From Promethearchaeota archaeon (lineage in GTDB: Archaea > Asgardarchaeota > Lokiarchaeia > Sigyniarchaeales > SOKP01), in contig JAGXNS010000002.1 in assembly GCA_019894855.1 (NCBI GenBank), forward strand, positions 8,858 through 72,857: a DNA stretch of 64,000 bases. Direction: 5' to 3'. Position 1 is the stretch's first letter, and every line of letters starts with the position of its first letter. The notes below the pieces were generated by a model, which saw only the letters and a program-made list of their open reading frames with translations, made no database searches and was not told where the DNA came from. Made by a program: the position numbers and the translations under genes. Shown here in pieces: positions 61,534 to 64,000 of this stretch.

Positions 61534-62889
61534 TTAATATATTTTAAGAACATCTAATTTTTTACATTCTAGAGAGAATCCGTATACATCGGAGAATGAG
61601 GGTGTTGTTCTTCCATTATCACCACTTATCAGTTCTTTAATGTACGTTCCACCTTGAGCTTCTACGATGAATTCTGAAAGATTGGGTTTAATGAATTTAC
61701 CTTCTACTCGAAAAATTTTTTTTTCTCTTATCTTATCTGCACGACGATGGGATACTCTAATTGGTGTTCTTTGTTGAAGTTTTTGTTGTTCATAAACGGA
61801 CTTCAATTTTTTTAATAGGACGTCGAAATTATCTTTTGAAATCTTTTCTTTAGAGATTACAATGGCTTTGTAAACTTTTTTTGTGTTTTCAGCGCTAAAT
61901 TTCAAATTTTTAACTCGTTCCTTGCTACTATATTTTAGATCTGATACTTTAATTTTTCTCTTATTACTTTTATTTACTTTATTTTGAATTTTTATCAAGT
62001 CTAAAGTCCTGATTTTGGGGTTGTTTAATTCAAGGATAAAGGGTCTTCCATTACCTAGCATTCTCACATCAATATCTTCCCTCCCGGCTCCATGAAACTT
62101 TGAACCATCAGCTTTAGCTTCATTAACAAATTTTGGGCTGATTAATTCTTCCACACTAGTTGGATATTGTTTTCCTGTAAATTTACATGATTCACACCCT
62201 CTTCCCCTGCATAATCTGCAATTCCAATGAGTTTGGGGGATTCCTCTAACAAATTTGTTATATCTACCGTAAACAAAAAGAGATCTTAGGAGCAAAGAAA
62301 TATCGAAAGAACCAAATTTTATTGAATAAATAATTGTTATATCTGGCATCCCAAACTCTGCGGGTTTACCCAATATTAGAGAAAGATCTTTACCCACTTC
62401 TCGGTTAAAATGATTTTTAAACGATTCTGCTTCTAACAAATTATGGGTGGCTTTAAAATTATCTTCATTATTAATAATATGCGCGTCAAGAGCAGTACCT
62501 ATGAGGAAATTAGTGAATTCAAGATTTTCTAAGTATTTTTCTGCTCTTTTAGCATAAACATTTATGTTGTTAAAAATATCATAGCACAAATAACATTTTT
62601 CGGCAGAATCAGGTTCAATATATTCAATACCCTCCTTTTTTAATACGCTTTGAGCAGGAGTGAACTTTGCGTTTTCTGCTAATAACTTTAAAATTTGACT
62701 AGCATTATCACGGTTGTCTTGCTGAGATAAATACGCACGGTGTTTATCCATGGTGATTGCGAGTAAAAGAGAATTACCCCTATCGTGATTGGTAGTATCT
62801 GTTCCTAATAAGGAAAACATCCTACCTAAACAGTGAGAGCAAATATATGTATCTCGGTAAATCTCTATAACTTTATCAAAAATAGTCAT
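61534..62889 (-). CDS. pus10: tRNA pseudouridine(54/55) synthase Pus10
   Basis: GRY.K..R.IPQT, FHGAGREDIDVRMLG.GRPF, GGTYIKEL. Confidence 0.95.
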   Translation of the reverse strand: MTIFDKVIEIYRDTYICSHCLGRMFSLLGTDTTNHDRGNSLLLAITMDKHRAYLSQQDNRDNASQILKLLAENAKFTPAQSVLKKEGIEYIEPDSAEKCYLCYDIFNNINVYAKRAEKYLENLEFTNFLIGTALDAHIINNEDNFKATHNLLEAESFKNHFNREVGKDLSLILGKPAEFGMPDITIIYSIKFGSFDISLLLRSLFVYGRYNKFVRGIPQTHWNCRLCRGRGCESCKFTGKQYPTSVEELISPKFVNEAKADGSKFHGAGREDIDVRMLGNGRPFILELNNPKIRTLDLIKIQNKVNKSNKRKIKVSDLKYSSKERVKNLKFSAENTKKVYKAIVISKEKISKDNFDVLLKKLKSVYEQQKLQQRTPIRVSHRRADKIREKKIFRVEGKFIKPNLSEFIVEAQGGTYIKELISGDNGRTTPSFSDVYGFSLECKKLDVLKIY

Positions 62890-63115
62890 ACTTTAGTAAA
62901 ATAATTGAGTATCACTTTTGTTTTTAATGATCTTGCTCTATAACTAAAATAACTATTAAAAAAATTAAAAAAAATATGATTTTATTCTGGAATTATATAG
63001 CTTTAACTTTTTATTTAGAATATTATATATGAGTTTTATAGACATTAAAATAGAAGGTTAATTTAATTTAAAAATAAGAATTAAGAAACTTAAATAAATA
63101 AGTTGTGAAATCGTC

Positions 63116-64000
63116 ATGAATCAAAATGAAATTATACAAAGAAGTAAAAGTAAAAATAGTAAAGTTTTGCTTTTTGGAGTTCCAAAGTTAGGCACTTCTA
63201 TTTTAATAGGACTTGTAGATTTCGCTTTACTTGCTCTTTATACTATTGGTTATCAATTAACTCCACTTCTCGCAGGTATAGCTTTAGGTATAGGAAAACT
63301 AACTATTGCTGCCTCTCAATTCTTTTTTGGGTGGATTAGTGATGCTAAATATACACGATGGGGTCGAAGAAAGCCGTATTTAGTAGTCTTAAGTCTGTTT
63401 CTTTCCTCATCTTTCTTACTCTTGCTATTGCCAAGCTTATTTATAGATATTAATGATGCTTCATCCGTTTTTATATGGTTTTTAGTGTGGAATATAATGT
63501 TTAACATCAGTTATGGTGTTACTACTCCATATAATGCTTGGATGGCTGAACAATTTTCTATTGATGAGCGTCCTAAAGTATCTCAGTTTCAAAATCTTTT
63601 TGGTTTTATTGGAACTGCTATAATGGCTGTTTTTGCAATGGTAGTTTTAACAGATTTCAATGATGATATACAAACAAATCCAGATATTATTCCACCGGAT
63701 TTCTTATATAGCATAGTAATATTTGCTATTATTCCATTGATATTATTTTGTTTAATTGTAATATTTATGCCTAAAGAACCACACTTTAAAATTGACTCTA
63801 ATATGATTGATAACTTGAAGACAATCCTAAAAAATAAAAATTTTTTATTGGTTACAGTCATGCAAGGTATTGCTAGTATAGCTTGGATAATGACAACTTC
63901 CTTAATATTAGTCTTTATTTCAACGGTTCTACAGTTTGATAGTACATCTAATCTCATTGCTTCAATAGTTTTTATGCTTGGTATTCTAATTTTCTTAGTA
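63116..64000 (+). CDS. MFS transporter, GPH/MelB-like (partial, runs off the window)
   Basis: ATG 63116, frame appears open to the window end; GWISDAKYTRWGRRKPY motif; absent from the ORF track because no stop falls inside the window. Confidence 0.85.
   Translation, partial: MNQNEIIQRSKSKNSKVLLFGVPKLGTSILIGLVDFALLALYTIGYQLTPLLAGIALGIGKLTIAASQFFFGWISDAKYTRWGRRKPYLVVLSLFLSSSFLLLLLPSLFIDINDASSVFIWFLVWNIMFNISYGVTTPYNAWMAEQFSIDERPKVSQFQNLFGFIGTAIMAVFAMVVLTDFNDDIQTNPDIIPPDFLYSIVIFAIIPLILFCLIVIFMPKEPHFKIDSNMIDNLKTILKNKNFLLVTVMQGIASIAWIMTTSLILVFISTVLQFDSTSNLIASIVFMLGILIFLV

Noticed and set aside
195-63957. Many short antisense or nested ORFs in the track (e.g. 195-512, 4926-5246, 12009-12404, 21829-22176, 28776-29147, 63589-63957)
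   Set aside because: Shadow ORFs lying within well-supported genes

Overview
AT-rich (roughly 30% GC by eye) archaeal chromosome segment, very likely from an Asgard archaeon (Lokiarchaeia/Promethearchaeota). The assignment rests on several stand-alone Rab/Arf-like small GTPases, split Rpo1N/Rpo1C, an archaeal histone, an EF-2 with an altered diphthamide loop and bacterial-type UvrAB. Most of the window is core informational genes: EF-2, EF-1alpha, aIF5B, aIF2alpha, CCA enzyme, RNAP subunits, PCNA-PriL-PriS-GINS, r-proteins, Pus10, KsgA, AglB and enolase. No rRNA, tRNA, CRISPR array or integrase/transposase was recognised. The most unusual signals are: (1) several conserved genes (uvrB, eS27, a METTL5-like methyltransferase, one more ORF) appear to require ATA/ATT start codons behind SD motifs; (2) a synonymously recoded second copy of the last 13 codons of EF-1alpha sits about 1 kb downstream of the gene and flanks a small cargo island, suggesting an element that integrates into the tuf 3' end; (3) two tandem SD-led 23-aa micro-ORFs lie upstream of EF-2; (4) a wHTH + ATP-cone + apparently inactive class III RNR fusion; (5) a pelota-like protein lacking its N-domain; (6) AglB and Rpo1N carry unusual C-terminal extensions.
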